64,000 bases of DNA, from the NCBI GenBank assembly GCA_023231475.1, contig JALJEE010001847.1, positions 1 through 64,000 on the forward strand. Reading direction: 5' to 3'. This document shows positions 43,853 to 60,379 of this stretch, piece after piece. The DNA comes from Seison nebaliae. Taxonomy: Eukaryota. The notes under the pieces were generated by a model. That model worked only from the letters and a program-made list of their open reading frames with translations, searched no databases and had not been told where the DNA came from. Each line of letters opens with the position of its first letter. Position 1 is the stretch's first letter. The position numbers and the translations under genes were made by a program.

Positions 43853-44336
43853 TCATATTAGTCTTCTCTTCCAATTGTGCAGTTTGGGAAGATCTCTTAG
43901 TTTTGTTCTTTCAAATAAAATCTTCAGATATCTCACCGATTTGTTAAAGAAAATATAATATCTAATCAATTTCATTCATTTCTTAATCTCTTGTCTCTTA
44001 CTTACAAAGCTGATTAGACTTCTTTGTATTATAGTTTATATATTCCTAAAATGTTTTCAAAAAAAACCTTAAAATTAAAAATGAATTGAACTTCAGAATT
44101 CAAATAAAATTCCATAATATTATTACATTTCATTTAATGGATGAATTTATTGATGTCGATTAAATAAACGTGTCTTTATTCGTTAAAGATGTCGCAATTA
44201 TATTAATGTAATGAATAAACGAGTAAGGTGAAGGATTAGAAATTACAAAAACAAACTTTTTATTATAATATGATTTGCATAACTTATGAAAAAAAAAAGA
44301 TTAAATGGAAAACGATTTTCGAAGAAATGGGAAGTA

Positions 44337-45815
44337 TTATACGTCAATAACTCGTATTTCTTCCGCTAACGTATCGTATTTAATTTTGTAGAGTCGATTT
44401 CTCCATCGGATGTAAGGTGATGAGCAAGCTTTCATGTAAATGTAAATTGGTTGTAGTTCGCGGAAGAGCCAACATCGAAGGAATTCGATTCGGGAGAGCG
44501 GCCTCTTCTGCTCGCTGTCGACAACGATGTGGAACAAGAGGTAATCGAAAACGCACCAAATGAGTAAATGCAAAAGATAAGTGATGATTGGAGAGAAATT
44601 GAAAATGAAGTGAATACCAATCGCCAGGAAGAGACCACACGCTAAACATTCCTGCAACGGTTCCGCCACATAACAAATGGGCAGAAGATGAAGTCTCAAT
44701 TTGCACCATCTGATCATTCGCTCTCGCCACAAGTCGATGTTATAAGTTCCACAATTCTGTCTCGCTGGTCGTCTCGATAAGAGTACTTTGTATTTTTGAT
44801 TTTTGATGCATTTGGCAAAATGATAATCTTCGGCGATGTATTTACCAAAATGACGGAATCCACCCACATTATCTAATAAACATTTTCTGATAAGACATGA
44901 CATTCCCGTCACTGAATCGATTCCCACACAATTGAGTGACACGTACATTCTCGTTTGTTGCGTACCGAAATAAACTTGTTCTAATCGTCCGCAGAATTTC
45001 GGTCGATTCATCGCTAACGGTAACTGATGAATGAGACCGACATTATGTTTCATTTGACCCATCAACTCATCGAGTAGAGTTGTCTCGCAACAGAGACCGG
45101 CATCCGAAACTAAAAGGAACGGATATTTCATATTGTCATAAGCAGGCAACATATTCAATATTTTCCCGTTAACTACAGGAGGACCATTTTGATCTTCTTC
45201 TATGTCTTTACTCTTCTCCTGATGATATTTACTGGAAATGAAGAGTGTAGAATCAACAGTCGCATATTTCTTCTGCAACTTCTCAATCAATGGCACGGCA
45301 GGATCTGTTCGCGACGATACACAAAAAAGAATTTCGAAAACTGGATATTTGATATTGAAGAAAGTTTCCAAATTCGCTTCGAGATTGGGATCGATATCGA
45401 CAATCGGTTTGATGATACTGACACCGAAAGCGTTGGAGGAAATGGATGTCTGATGATATCGATAAGGATCGTCATCTTTGGTACGGATAAATTGTTTGGT
45501 TAAATTAGATTTTTGATTTTTCTTGATAACTTGTTTCCGCAACAATTCATAATCGGAATGTTGACGTGAATGAGAGAACTTTTTCACATCGACGATTTCG
45601 GTGTCGTGGACGACTGTCTGATTATTATTCTGAGTCGTTTTAGATGATGAACGTTGATTGTCGGATTTTGGAATGAAGTGAAGTTTTACAAAGATAATGG
45701 CAATAAAATGTGTGGAGATTATGATGAGCCACCAAATAATAAAGAAGATTGAAATGAGAAGGACGATGATATCACCGGTTGATTGTATATATAAATTGAA
45801 ATTGTGTTGATTCAT
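44337..45815 (-). CDS. UGCG: Ceramide glucosyltransferase (GT21)
   Basis: N-terminal TM, GVSIIKP, NLETFF, SDAG, VTGMSCL, IAEDY, RMIRW, EPLQEC; apparently a single exon. Confidence 0.95.
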   Translation of the reverse strand: MNQHNFNLYIQSTGDIIVLLISIFFIIWWLIIISTHFIAIIFVKLHFIPKSDNQRSSSKTTQNNNQTVVHDTEIVDVKKFSHSRQHSDYELLRKQVIKKNQKSNLTKQFIRTKDDDPYRYHQTSISSNAFGVSIIKPIVDIDPNLEANLETFFNIKYPVFEILFCVSSRTDPAVPLIEKLQKKYATVDSTLFISSKYHQEKSKDIEEDQNGPPVVNGKILNMLPAYDNMKYPFLLVSDAGLCCETTLLDELMGQMKHNVGLIHQLPLAMNRPKFCGRLEQVYFGTQQTRMYVSLNCVGIDSVTGMSCLIRKCLLDNVGGFRHFGKYIAEDYHFAKCIKNQKYKVLLSRRPARQNCGTYNIDLWRERMIRWCKLRLHLLPICYVAEPLQECLACGLFLAIGIHFIFNFSPIITYLLHLLIWCVFDYLLFHIVVDSEQKRPLSRIEFLRCWLFRELQPIYIYMKACSSPYIRWRNRLYKIKYDTLAEEIRVIDV

Positions 45816-48800
45816 TACTACATTCTGGTTGAATTATTTCCGTTAATTTTACTCATTCATTTATTCTTATTCATCCTTCTATTTACTTTACTTTGCCGCT
45901 CGACTTGAGAACGAACTTCGACTCGAAGACGACTGTGGCAAACGATAGGATGATTAATAGAAATTAACTAAACAAAAAAGAAAATCAGTCGATCAGTCGA
46001 TAATTTTAAATTGAACTGCTGAAACAAAAGAAGAAACATGTGACATGTGGCCAAATGTGAGAAAGTTTCGAAAAGAAAGTTTTCGAGAATTTTTCAAGAA
46101 TTTTTCTCATGAAATGTCCTTCCTGTGTTGTTGGAAAGACAGAACAAAGTGGCGAGCAACAAATGGGAGTGCTTATTGAGGGCGGGAGAAAAATCTCTTT
46201 CACAATTTGTCAGTTTGTCACCAACTACTTGGTTAGACTTAAGGGAAAGAGAGAAGAGACTTACATACGATGATGAGTGGTGAGGGCAATGGCAGATGGA
46301 CTTGGATGAAAACATTTGTGATGAATGAGATGAAATGATTTTATAATCATAAAATTGTGATAGATGTGTGATTATGGATGATAATAAGAAGAATTATAAG
46401 AATTTTCTATTAATAATATTATAAAGATCATGATTATGAATGGAAAACATCCTGTAATGTGTGGATGTATATGAGAAATGAGAATCACTGCTATGTTAAA
46501 GCAATTAATTTTTTATTGGAATTACTGTAAGTTCCATGTAGGTATGTATGGACATGTGTTACTTTATTCTTCTTCCTCGCAAGATACCCACCGCTATCTA
46601 CTACATCTCCTACATACGCCAGTCATTCATTTCATGGCTTTCCTTTCTCATCTTACACAGACGAATAAGAAAGTTGTACGAATGGAAATCGAAGATTTGG
46701 AATCTATGTAACAATGTTATGTATCCACTCGTTCGTCAGTTCGTCCCTTGATCAATAGTTATGTAATCGTATACATAAAAATATCCTTACTCACTCACGC
46801 TATCATCCGAGTACGTGTATGTGCATTGCCTTTACAATTAGATGAGATATATTTAAGATAAATTGTTCATATCGATGCCAATATGGAGAAGTAATAATTA
46901 GAATTTCTGACGAGTGTACATCCAATTATATTCTTGTATTTATTCCTACTTAATTATTCAATTCTCTAATGATAATGATGAGAATAACGATGATGATGAT
47001 GATGGTGATGGTGAGTAGGAAAAATAACGGTTTATTATAATTGCTTCAAATATCAAGTATCGTCTTCTTGCCGACTAAAAAAATTTTCCTTTTTTCGAAT
47101 CATAAGGAGGAATATTGCACATACTTTTTTTTCTCATAAGCATATGCAACTCAACCATTCTTTTTTACATTCTCCAGCTAATAGTAACATTCAATATTTA
47201 TATTTATTTTTCTTTCAATATTATTTCTATTTCAATTTCTTCCCAACTTCGCCATGTTAGTTAGCACAAAAAAAATTAATAATATTCTCCCCAGCTATCG
47301 TCTACACATACATCATCATAAATAACCGTCAAGTTTCATCATTTATCAAGCACTGAATAATGAATGAGAAGGCTGATGGCAAATGTTCTTCTTCGATTAC
47401 TTCCCTATCATCTCTCCTATCTCGCTAAATCGGAATATGTCCATTCTTTAAACTATCATTTTCTAATGGGATTGAATTGTTGTTCAGATCGTCGAGAAAT
47501 AATAACAATCTGTAACATTATCACAGTAGCTAACAAGACTAGCTAATCGTTCGCCATTCAACAATCGAGGAAACTTTGAGATAAAACATTATTCTTGTTT
47601 ACTCTAAAGGAATTAATCAAGTTGAATTTAGAGTAGGTGGATAGATTGAGGAAATTTCACATGCGACAAAACGAAAAAAAAATTATTGTAATTTTTTTTT
47701 CCGAAAGTGGAAGAGAATGGTTAATTTATTTACATTTATGTCCGTCTAATTCTCGAGAGATAAGACGGGAAGGAACGGTCTACAAAAGAATTCAACTTAC
47801 TCTCTCTGTTTATTTTTTCTTCGTATTCTTCTATACGGCTGTTCTCATTCGAAGAAGAAGTTTTTTTTTGTGGTAACAATGTAAGTAAATATGGGACGTG
47901 AAAGCCAAACACACACAATAGAATGAGAAGTGGTGGAATGGGAAAGGAGAAGTTTATCAAATATCTTCTTTCCTCCCATGGAGAGGTTGACGAGGAGGAA
48001 TAGTATCTGATGCTGCAATTGCATATTGGATTTCACGTCATACGAGAACCGTCGTACAAGTACATGATTGATTAATAACTTAATAGAAGAGAGACAAACC
48101 TCATAAAATCTTTTACGCAAACATTAGGGAAACGGGGACAAATCTTAGGTGGAGCTGCCGGTTACTTCGCTGGATCATGTCCAAATTCCATCGAAACAAA
48201 ACAAAAAGAAAAACAGGAAAGCTATGTAAATTATGAAATTGTTTTCCACATTCAAACTATTTGTCTAACGAATATTTAGAGTTTGAAACTTTCATCAATT
48301 CACCCACCTACCAACTAGTCAATTCACACGAATTCATATACAAATTGTTATTACCTATTATCAAATGAGCAGAAAGGACAAATATAATGAACTGTTTCAT
48401 ATCGACATCACAAACGATAACTCCACCAGAGAACAATGATTTGAAGACTAATAATATAATTAAGAATAAATAATCAATTTCCACTTTACTTTCCTTCTTT
48501 TCCATCACCAATTCTGCCCAACTACTTTGTTTGGTGCTATACCGGATGTGCGCCAATCATTCCCTGTTCATGAATAAACTTATATCTTATTCTTCGCCAA
48601 ACAACACAAACAGTCGATCAAGTGATAATTGACTTGGTGCATAATTTTCCGTTTCACACTTCGTTTTAACTCGATAAACGCACATGCTGCCTCGCCAATA
48701 CCATGACCTTCATACTTGATATTTTTGAGAGAAAGAAGAAACTGATCAGACATCAAACATTTAATGACAGAACGAACAAACAAACCGTTCGAATTCGATC

Positions 48801-49317
48801 TTTCTTGAACATTAACTTCTTCTTTTCATATAATTTCCCAACAATTTGGAAAAAACGTATATTTGTCACATTCTGCTACTTATGAATTTGGTAAATTGAA
48901 GTGATGATGAAATTTCTTTCAACTTTACCCAGATAAATTGACACATTCTGTTTTGTTATCAGGAAAATCCTTACTCTTCATTTCAATTGATACTTCTCAT
49001 GGAAATTGTTTACCAAGTAGTAAACAACGTTATTTTGCCTATTTTTGATATATAATATAATTAATATAATCTTTGTTTTATTTCGAAAGTTTGGATCGAA
49101 AGTTAGGTCGTTTGACCTCTCATTATCATCAACACGATGAAAATAGTGATCCGACGAAATTCATCGTATGATCACATTCCTCTCACATTTTTGCGGATAA
49201 CGAATCACTTTGAGCTCGAAATCACTCGACAATAAAGTTCATTTCAGTATTCAATTCAGTCGTTAGACGAAAAACGGGAAAAGAAATCATTCAAAAGAAG
49301 AAGATTTTAGGGAATCC

Positions 49318-49881
49318 CGGAGCGATATTCTCCTTATGGAGGAATTTACCCTGTTTTTCATATTCGGACGTATATTCGTTCAAATATCGGAGCGGAATTC
49401 ACCCAAAACGAGTTTTTCGGAGAGGAATTCACTCTAATTTGAAATTTTCCAAGAGGAATTCACCTTCTTTCAGTTATTCAGAGAGGAATTCATGCTTGAC
49501 ATTGTAAACCAATTAGTAAATATTTTAATAGAATGATAGTTTTAATATACATATACCATCTGCAGACGTAAAGTAACAGAACATTTACTAAAGAATGGTG
49601 TCGAGCTTTTGAATCCGGCTTTGAAATTTTTCGAAAATGGAAGAAAAATAACATGTTGAATTTGAACATGAAGATCATGGTTTTCCTGTGAAAAAAACTT
49701 GTTAGAAAAAAATTTAGAGTGATTTCCTCTCCGAAATGAAATTAACATTTGATTTCAGAGTCAATTCCTCTCCGAAATCTAACAAAGTGGGTGAATTCCT
49801 CTCCGATATCGATCTAAATGGTGAATTCCTCTCCGAAATGAATTTATCATATTTTGAGAATGAATGAATTCCTCTCCGAAA
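49318..49881. mobile_element. Foldback/MITE-like element with inverted arrays of ~30-bp subrepeats
   Basis: Left arm CGGAGAGGAATTCAC-like units at 49388, 49418, 49449, 49479. Right arm reverse-complement GTGAATTCCTCTCCG-like units at 49719, 49760, 49791, 49821, 49864. Confidence 0.65.
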
Positions 49882-52800
49882 TTTAGCTACTAAAACAATA
49901 CTATTGTGTTCAATTGTGACAACTAGCATACAAAATGACAAACATATTGTGACAATAGACCTTTGAACAGGAATAATTAGAAAATTAACGAAATTAGAAA
50001 ATACATTGGAACTAATTAAACTATTATAATAGTTATAATTCGTATACGAATTATGAAAGATATGGAAATTCGAATGCTGTGTTAATATTTCAAAGTAAAA
50101 TGAGTGAAATCTTTCCAAGTAATATGATTGAAATTCTTATTTGTCAGGATATATTTTAATATTACATACTAATAAAGTAATAAATTTACAAGGACTCATC
50201 ATGCAATCGGTTTACTTTATAAATATCTTTAATCAGAAACTTTTTAAATGGCCAATGGATATAATTTATATAATATTATTCTTATAAGAAAAGAAAGATG
50301 GAATATAAGAGAATATTAACTTGAATTTGGAATAATCAACTGCTACATATCATGTCGTTCACCACTAAAGTGATCGGTCTTCAAATTGGTCAAATTGGAA
50401 TTTTAACTTAACCATAAACAAAAGAGACTGCTATTTTATTTGGACACTGATAAATAAGAATGAATTCTTTTCCATATAAAACGTTACCATAACAGAGATA
50501 TCATCAGAGGTGGAATTCCTTGTGGAAAGTTGAGTGAACTGTTCTCCGAAATGTGAATGAATCAATGGGGAGAAAGGTGAGTCAATGTATGGAAGTGATT
50601 TCCTTTCCCTCATTCTATCAGCTATGACATATGAGCTATATTTGTTTACATCCTTATGAATGTGATAGAATTATCAGAGACAGAATAGTAACATTATGTA
50701 ATTATTGTACGCATTTGATATGATGAAGAATATGTTGTCTTTTCGTACTTGTCGTTTTGAGGAGATCGTCTTTCTCCTTCATTAATATGGAATTATATAG
50801 AGGAAATCTGTTGGGAATTGGAAGGAAGTTGTGAAAAAGAAAAATTTGAAAAGAAATTTGTTTTTTTTAGAAATAATACTTTATTTGACACTTTTAAATC
50901 TATCACTTTAATAGGAGAAGTATATGAAAGAAAGTTTGAGAACTTTCAACTGTTTGCGTAAGCAATGAGGGGCAAGCAACCAAGCAAGCAAACTATAACA
51001 ACGTATATAAGTATTGAGCTTGTAGTTCTGCTATTATCGTTGTTATAGTGACTAAGGTTAATAATATACTTATACAAGTATTTACTGTTTCCAGTTATAA
51101 AGATAAAATGAACATAGGGGTTGGATGAAAGCAAATTTTATTTGGACTTCTTTCATTTCACCAATAATGTGCAAGGATTAGGAAAAAACAGAGAGAAGTC
51201 TTCCATTTTTTACGGACATCTTACTCATTTCAATATTAGTCGGCCACTGAGAATGTATTAGAGTGTAAACTGTAGGAATATTAGGAACATTATAGATATT
51301 GGAAACCGGTATTTGCTTATTCTCTCTTGAATGGTTGTAATGAAGAATTATTTGATGAAAGTAGTTGATTTCTTCTACCAATTCTACCAACAATCCTTAC
51401 CTACGGTCTTTCCGTTCTACATAATATCACGTAGTTGAAACAAATTCTTATATTACTTATTTCCTGTCGTTTTTTCCTTTTTGTCTCGATGGAAAGGGTG
51501 AAGACATGGATGACCTATCCATTCCACTAATATTCAACGTCATTTTTACGATATCCGTCTCTTCACATCTGCCAGTTAATGCAAGACGAAAACATTTCTT
51601 CAAATATATCCTTACACATCCAAATTTAATTAAATTGAATTGATTCACAAGGAGAAAGTATTTAGAAAGGAAATCATTAGTGCACAAATTCTCTTTTGAA
51701 ATTATCCCCTCTCTCAGAAAAGGTCAAACCGAAAACCAAAATTCTTAAAAGAAAACATTTTCCCCTTCTAATCTCGTCTATACTAAACTTATTTTGTTTC
51801 TCTTCTTTCTCCCCAAGCTTCCTACTTCGTTGACGATATGAGGAAAGATGTTATACAAAAGATTGCGACGTATGCGTCACATTCGTATCGAAAGAGAACT
51901 GTGGGAAATTGGAAAAAAACCAGCTGTATTTCGGTTTCTCCTTTTCCGATTTGTCATTTGCGACGGGAATTACATTCTCTTTTAAATTGAACAAATTCGT
52001 TAATGTGTCAAAGCTATAAATGCCATTAGTTCGATTTACTGATTCCTCCACAGATAAGGATATTCAGTAAAGAAATTCTTTCGAAATGTCGACGGTTAAA
52101 TTAGAGAGAAATTAATTCACTTAAATATCAACTCATTAACGATAATAATCATTGCAATGATCGTTAAGGAAATAATTACTAATTTTTATTCAAAGTCAAT
52201 GAATACAAATTGGTTTGGGGAGACAAAGTCATATTGGAAAGGAACAAATTATTCCGAACAATGTCAAAGATTTTCACATTCTCATTCAATTTCTCATTCT
52301 TTTAATTTTATCGCAAAATTTCAATGTACGAATCAACTTAATTCTATATGTATGACAGGCCCACGTATGATGCAGTCAGTGGAGGGGAGACTACATTTAT
52401 TTAATAAAAGGAAGTTAGCAAGGTAAGTCAATATAAACAAAATTATTGTCAATTGTTTCATTTGGTCTCTATTTTTCAAGATTCTACACATATGTCGGTT
52501 GTTGATCGGTTCCTTCGTATACAACATTCTGTCCCACTCACCACTTCCAATACTGTTTTCAATATTATTTTCAGCTTAAAAAACTTATACATAATACATA
52601 ATAACACATGAAAAAAAAATCACACGTCATTGAAACTAAACACTTCCAACTACAATTGCAGACGGAATTTATCTTCAATCGAAATTTACTCCACTTTCTC
52701 AAATTAACCAAAATCTATAAGTTAGACTGTAACTCTTCAATTTCACTTACTTCGCTCTACAATTCATCATTTATTTCATCATTCTAAAATTTATACAAAT

Positions 52801-53440
52801 ACGTATCCGAACTTATTTTTTTGTATTATATCAACCAATCCCCGCGGAGTAAATAAAAGAGAAAATAGAATATCTCACTAGACGACTCACCCCAAATAAA
52901 TGAGTTGACCTGATCTATTCTTGAACACAACGGATGAGGCACATAAGGTACCATATTAATATTTAATTGTTATATAAAATAAAATTATAATAAATTATTA
53001 GAATTGTAATATTTTTAAATTGGGATTATTATAATATTATAAAATTATTCCATTAAGAATTAAATAATAATCAGATCAATTACTATATCAATTATATTTT
53101 TGTTCGATATCAACTATGATTTCGCCAAGCATCTTCATATTTGAAAAGAAATGATATTTCTGAAATGTATTAAAGAAACTTTATTTTTTAAATTTCATTT
53201 CAATTTGAAATTTTCTTAAATCAACAAGGAATAAAACAATTTTCACGGAGTCACCAGTTGTTTCATTCTACCAGTTGTTAGACGAAATTTATCAGAAATA
53301 AGTAAATTAATCAGATTTCTGAGCTCGTAATTTTTCCATAAGAAATTTCATTTTCGAAGAACAAATTAAAATTTTTTTAAATTTTCATCAAAATCAATTT
53401 CTATGGAAATTACTTAAACATTAAGAAAGAATAACGTAGA

Positions 53441-55464
<2,024 letters not shown>

Positions 55465-55796
55465 AATTCCATTTGGATCATTCAATTTAAGTTTATTTGA
55501 AATTAAATTGAAAATATTTGGATTGAAATTAAATTGAAAATATTTTCATTGAAATTAATTTGAAAATATTTTAGTCATAATTAAATTGAATCGAATGTGA
55601 AAGAGGTGAAGTGAAAGATTTAATGGAATTATATGTAAAAATGAAATTAATTAAGTTTGGATGAGAAAAGATGAAAAATTTAATTTGAATAAAAATAAAT
55701 TAGATGGAGATAATTCGATGAGGATGGTTGAATGACGTTTCATTTATTTCATATAATGGATTGAGTTCAATGAACCATTAAAAATTGAGAAACGAG

Positions 55797-58552
55797 ATGG
55801 ATATGTTAGTTATATTGTTAATTCATCCACTACCAACTAATTAAATAGTCAATTAAATTTATCTTTACTTTGCGCACCAGTTCCAGAGAAATTGGAAGAT
55901 TTACCTCAACTGACACCTCTTCGAACAGATATTCCACATGCACCAAAACGGATAAACAATTTAAATGAGAGCGAGAAACAGGTTTCCTCATTCTTCGTTT
56001 GCAGTAAATGAATTATGAATTGTCAGAAAGCAGTAGAGAACCATCTTCGATATTTTCCGGTTAATCTCCACGCAATCTTAGGGAAGGAATTCGCTGATGA
56101 ATTGGAGAAGTATGGTCATATTTATATGTATCGATTTCGTCCATTTATGCTGGAAATGAAGTGATTTTTATTTGAACGGAATTTTCATTTCACCCGGAAT
56201 TACAGAGCATATCCAATTCAAAATTATCCGTGTAATTGTAAAGAAGCGGCATGTATCATGATCAATATTATGAATAATTTAAGTGATAACATTGCTCAAT
56301 TTCCGGAAGAGTTGGTAACTTATGGTGGTAATGGACAAGTCTTCTCCAATTGGATTCAAGTTACCGTTACAATTCCATCAAATTTCTTCATTTTCCCCAG
56401 TTCCGTCTCACTATGTACTACCTAAGTCAATTGACGAAGGAACAAACTTTGGTATTAGTTTCAGGCCATCCTCAAGGATTATTTCCATCAACTGAATCTG
56501 CCTCAAGAATGGTCATTTCGAATGGAATGGTTATTCTAATGTGAAGAAATTGAGTGAATCTATTTCGACAGATGATCCCCAATTATTCGTCTATGGAGCT
56601 TTATAGAAAATTATTCGCTCTCGGTGTGACAATGTTCTTCATTTCTTCTCTTTTTTTTTAATAAGTTAATTTTTAGGTATGGTCAAATGACGGCAGGAAG
56701 TTTCTGTTACATTGGACCGCAAGGTATTGTTCATGGTACAACGGTTCGTCTGACATTTCTTTTCCTGAATATTATTTATGAAAAAATTAGATAACTTTAT
56801 TGAATGCAGGAAGGAAATATCTTGGAACTTCCGATTTGACGGGAATAGTTTACGTAACATCCGGTTTAGGAGGAATGAGCGGAGCACAAGCTAAAGCAGC
56901 AACAATAGTTGGATGTATTGGTGTCATAGCGGAAGTTATTCGTTAATAGGAATTGATGAAATTCAATATTTGGATGTAGGTGTCTCTGGAAGCGATTATT
57001 AAGCGACATAAACAAGGATGGTTATCCATTTATTTTAGTGATTTGGATCGAGTGATTTCGGAAATTCGAATTTGCAAAAAGAAGAAAATTAGTAAGAGTA
57101 TCGGTTATCATGGAAATGTGGTGAATTTATGGTTCATTCCTATAATAAATTCAACTGATAATAAATGTAAATTATTTGATATAGGAAGAAATTGGGAGAA
57201 GTATTCGAAGAGGAGAACGAATTGTTAGTAGATCTGGGATCGGATCAAACATCTTGTCATGATGTTTTTGGAGGTGGATATTATCCGGTGGGTGTTGGTC
57301 TTTTAACTTCATTAAATTGTTTTTAATGAATTCAGGTGAATTATGAGAATGGAAGAACGTTGCTGGTAACGGACAAAAAGAAATTTGAGGCATTAGTTGA
57401 GGAAAGGTGAGTCAGTTTATTCTTCATCATTCCTCATTATCTTTCCAGTCTTCGTCAACAAGTATTAGCTATAAACAAATTGAGTGAGAAAGGAATGAAG
57501 TTTTGGGATTATGGTAATGCTTTCTTATTAGAAGCATCGAAAGCGAAAGCGAATGTCATATCAAAAAAGAAGACGAGCGATATAGTTGGAATTGGCGGAT
57601 CGAAGTTCATATATCCCTCATATTTCGAGGATATAATGGGAGATGTATTCTCCGCCGGTTTCGGACCGTTTCGGTAAAATTTCTTCAAATTCTTAATTTT
57701 TTCATATTCTCCCAAGATGGATGTGTACGTCATGTCTGGAGTCGGATCTGGATCAAACAGATGAAATAGCAGTGGAAATATTCGAAAGATTAGTAGGAGA
57801 AGGTTAGATGTGAATATGTTTATCTCGAAAAGTAAATATGAAAACGAAGAAAATGATGAGAGAGTGAAAGAACATCTGAGAGATAACTTGAAATGGATTA
57901 AGGAAGCGAAAAAGAATAATTTGGTAGTGGGAACATTCTCGAGAATTCTTTACAGTAACGAACGTGCAAGATTAATGCTTGCCGAACAATTCCATGGAGC
58001 CATAAAAAACGGAAATATTAAAGTTAGAGAATTTGTGATCAAACCATCATTCTAAATAAAATAATGATAAGGCATCAATAATTTTGAGTCGAGACCATCA
58101 TGATGTTAGTGGAACAGATAGTCCTTTTCGAGAAACGGCGAATATAACGGACGGATCTGCTTATTGTGCTGGTTAGTTTTGTGGAATATGAAGGTGAATA
58201 AAAATATTTTGAATAGATATGGCTGTTCAGAATGCGATCGGTTTAAGTACACGAGGTGCAACTTGGGTCGCGTTACATAACGGTGGTGGTGTGGGTTGGG
58301 GCGAAGTGATGAACGGAGGATTCGGAATGGTGCTCGATGGAACGGAAATGAATGTGAAGAAAGCGAAAGCGATGTTAAGTTGGGACGTGTTGAATGGAGT
58401 TAATTTAATGATTTTTTGTGAGGAATAATAAACGGTTTGTTACATTGTAGATAGTACGACGGGGATGGAGTGGAAATTCGGTGGCTATATCGGCCGGACG
58501 GAAGGCGATGTCGTCCAATTCCCAATTGAACATTACACTGCCGAAAGAGTGA
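55797..58552 (+). CDS. UROC1: Urocanate hydratase, 17 exons
   Basis: YGHIYMYRFRP, ELVTYGGNG, YGQMTAGSFCYIGPQGIVHGT, GLGGMSGAQ, SDQTSCH, WDYGNAF, GFGPFRW, SRDHHDVSGTDSPFRET, HNGGGVGWG. Sixteen introns of 41-53 nt restore one continuous frame. Confidence 0.96.
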
Positions 58553-58943
58553 GACCTCAATTGATTGATCGATATTCATCGAAAAGACATTTTTAAATTT
58601 TAACTTCTTTCCTAAATTCCGTCTCTTTTCTTTCAGTAATATTCTCCTACGTCAAATAAAACTCTATTGAAATTTCTTCAATGTTAGTTAGTTGTCTATG
58701 CTTCGAAATTAGTCTTATGTTAATAGGTCGTATTGGTAGGGGAGGACGTAATGAATAAAATTTATGTGAAACGTTTATTACAATGATCAATGGCCATCAG
58801 CCTTCACATATATGAGACATCTGAATTGTACATAAGAGAAAACACCACATCTCAATTCATTGCACATTCACTTTTTTCACACTCTTCATTATTTCGTCCG
58901 AAACGAAATCTTAGACCCATCTCAATTCGTTGTTCATTCGACC

Positions 58944-60379
58944 ATGCAAATCCAACCGATTCATAATGAACGAGAACAATTAACTTCAGCATATAGAAGA
59001 ATCAGAAAAATAAACATCACTTCTCTGCTATTTCTCATCACATTGCTCATCATCGCATTCGTCGTCGGCGGTATACTCATTGACAATAAAGTGGACGAAG
59101 CTAAAGATCAACAATTTGCCGCTACCTCAACAACCACAACAACTGCTGCCGACAATGGAACAACTCACGATCATGAAGATGAAGCAACAACAATAACCAC
59201 CACAATCGAAGTACATGAAGATGAGGACGATCATGATCATGAAGATGAAGCTACAACGACTACCGCAACAACAACAACAACAACTGAACCGTCAACTAGT
59301 GCAAGTTTTTATTTTTTCCATTAAACATATCATTCCTTTCTTCCATAGAATGGGGCTATGGTTTCCTTAGTGTGACAATCGTTTCACTCAGTAGTATTAT
59401 TGGCGTATTTATCATACCTTGCGTTTCAGCAAGATCCCTCAAAACTATAACAACCACTTTCATCGGTCTAGCTGTCGGCACGTTGATGGGCGACACTTTC
59501 TATCATATCATTCCTTATGTCCTCTCACTTCACGGGCATGACGATGATCATGATCATGGTGAGGAGGCCGGTTACGTCAAAGTTCTCGAATGGGATTTCT
59601 TATGGAAAATGTCCGTAATTCTTTTAGGTTTCTTCTTCTTTCAATTCAATTCCATTTCATCAATTCGATTAATAAGGATTTTTCGGTTTTTATCTTATCG
59701 AACTTATTCTACGCATTATCAGTTATACGCCAAAAACATCAGATTATTCTGAAATCTTCAACACAGGAGAAGTTTCTTTAAATGACGATGATGGTCATGA
59801 TCATAGTAGTGGTTAGTAAACTGATAATTAACCGACAAATTATTTACTGGCTTTCTTTTAAGGAATCGCTCCAACCGCTTGGATGATATTATTAGGAGAT
59901 GGTATGCATAATATTGCCGACGGTTTAGCATTAGGTGTCGCTTTTTCTGCTCGAACCACTTTAGGATGGTCCACAACTGTGGCTGTTCTCCTTCATGAAA
60001 TTCCACACGAACTTGGCGATTATTCAATTCTAATACAATCCGGTTTCTCCGTAAGAAAGGCCGTTTTCTTCAATCTACTGAGTGCTGCCACCGCATACAT
60101 CGGTTTGATAGTGGCTCTCGCAATTTCCGATAACATCGACGACGCTCGTTTATGGATTTTCGCCGTTACAGCTGGAAATTTCCTGTACGTTTCTCTAACT
60201 GACTTGGTAATATTTTTATTAGATATTTAATCTTACTTTTTATCCAGTTACCAACATTATTAAATCGTGTGCAACGAACCGTTTATATTATATTCCAAGT
60301 GATGGGAATTGTTGTTGGAATTCTGTTGATGTTACTTCTCTCCATCTATGAAGATGACTTACTCGAACTATTTGACTAA
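58944..60379 (+). CDS. ZIP (SLC39A, LIV-1 subfamily) metal transporter, 5 exons
   Basis: GLAVGTLMGD, GDGMHNIADG, HEIPHELGD and His/Asp-rich loops. Introns 59305-59348, 59628-59676, 59812-59862, 60207-60247. Confidence 0.92.

Noticed and set aside
49318..49881. CRISPR-like repeat-spacer look
   Set aside because: Core only ~15 bp, spacers ~15 bp, arrays inverted, no cas genes, eukaryotic context.
46000..53400. Short ORFs in the UGCG-CFAP100 intergenic gap
   Set aside because: No recognisable domains or consistent splice structure.
55797..58552. Bacterial horizontal transfer of urocanase
   Set aside because: It has the long eukaryote-type N-terminus and 16 spliceosomal introns.
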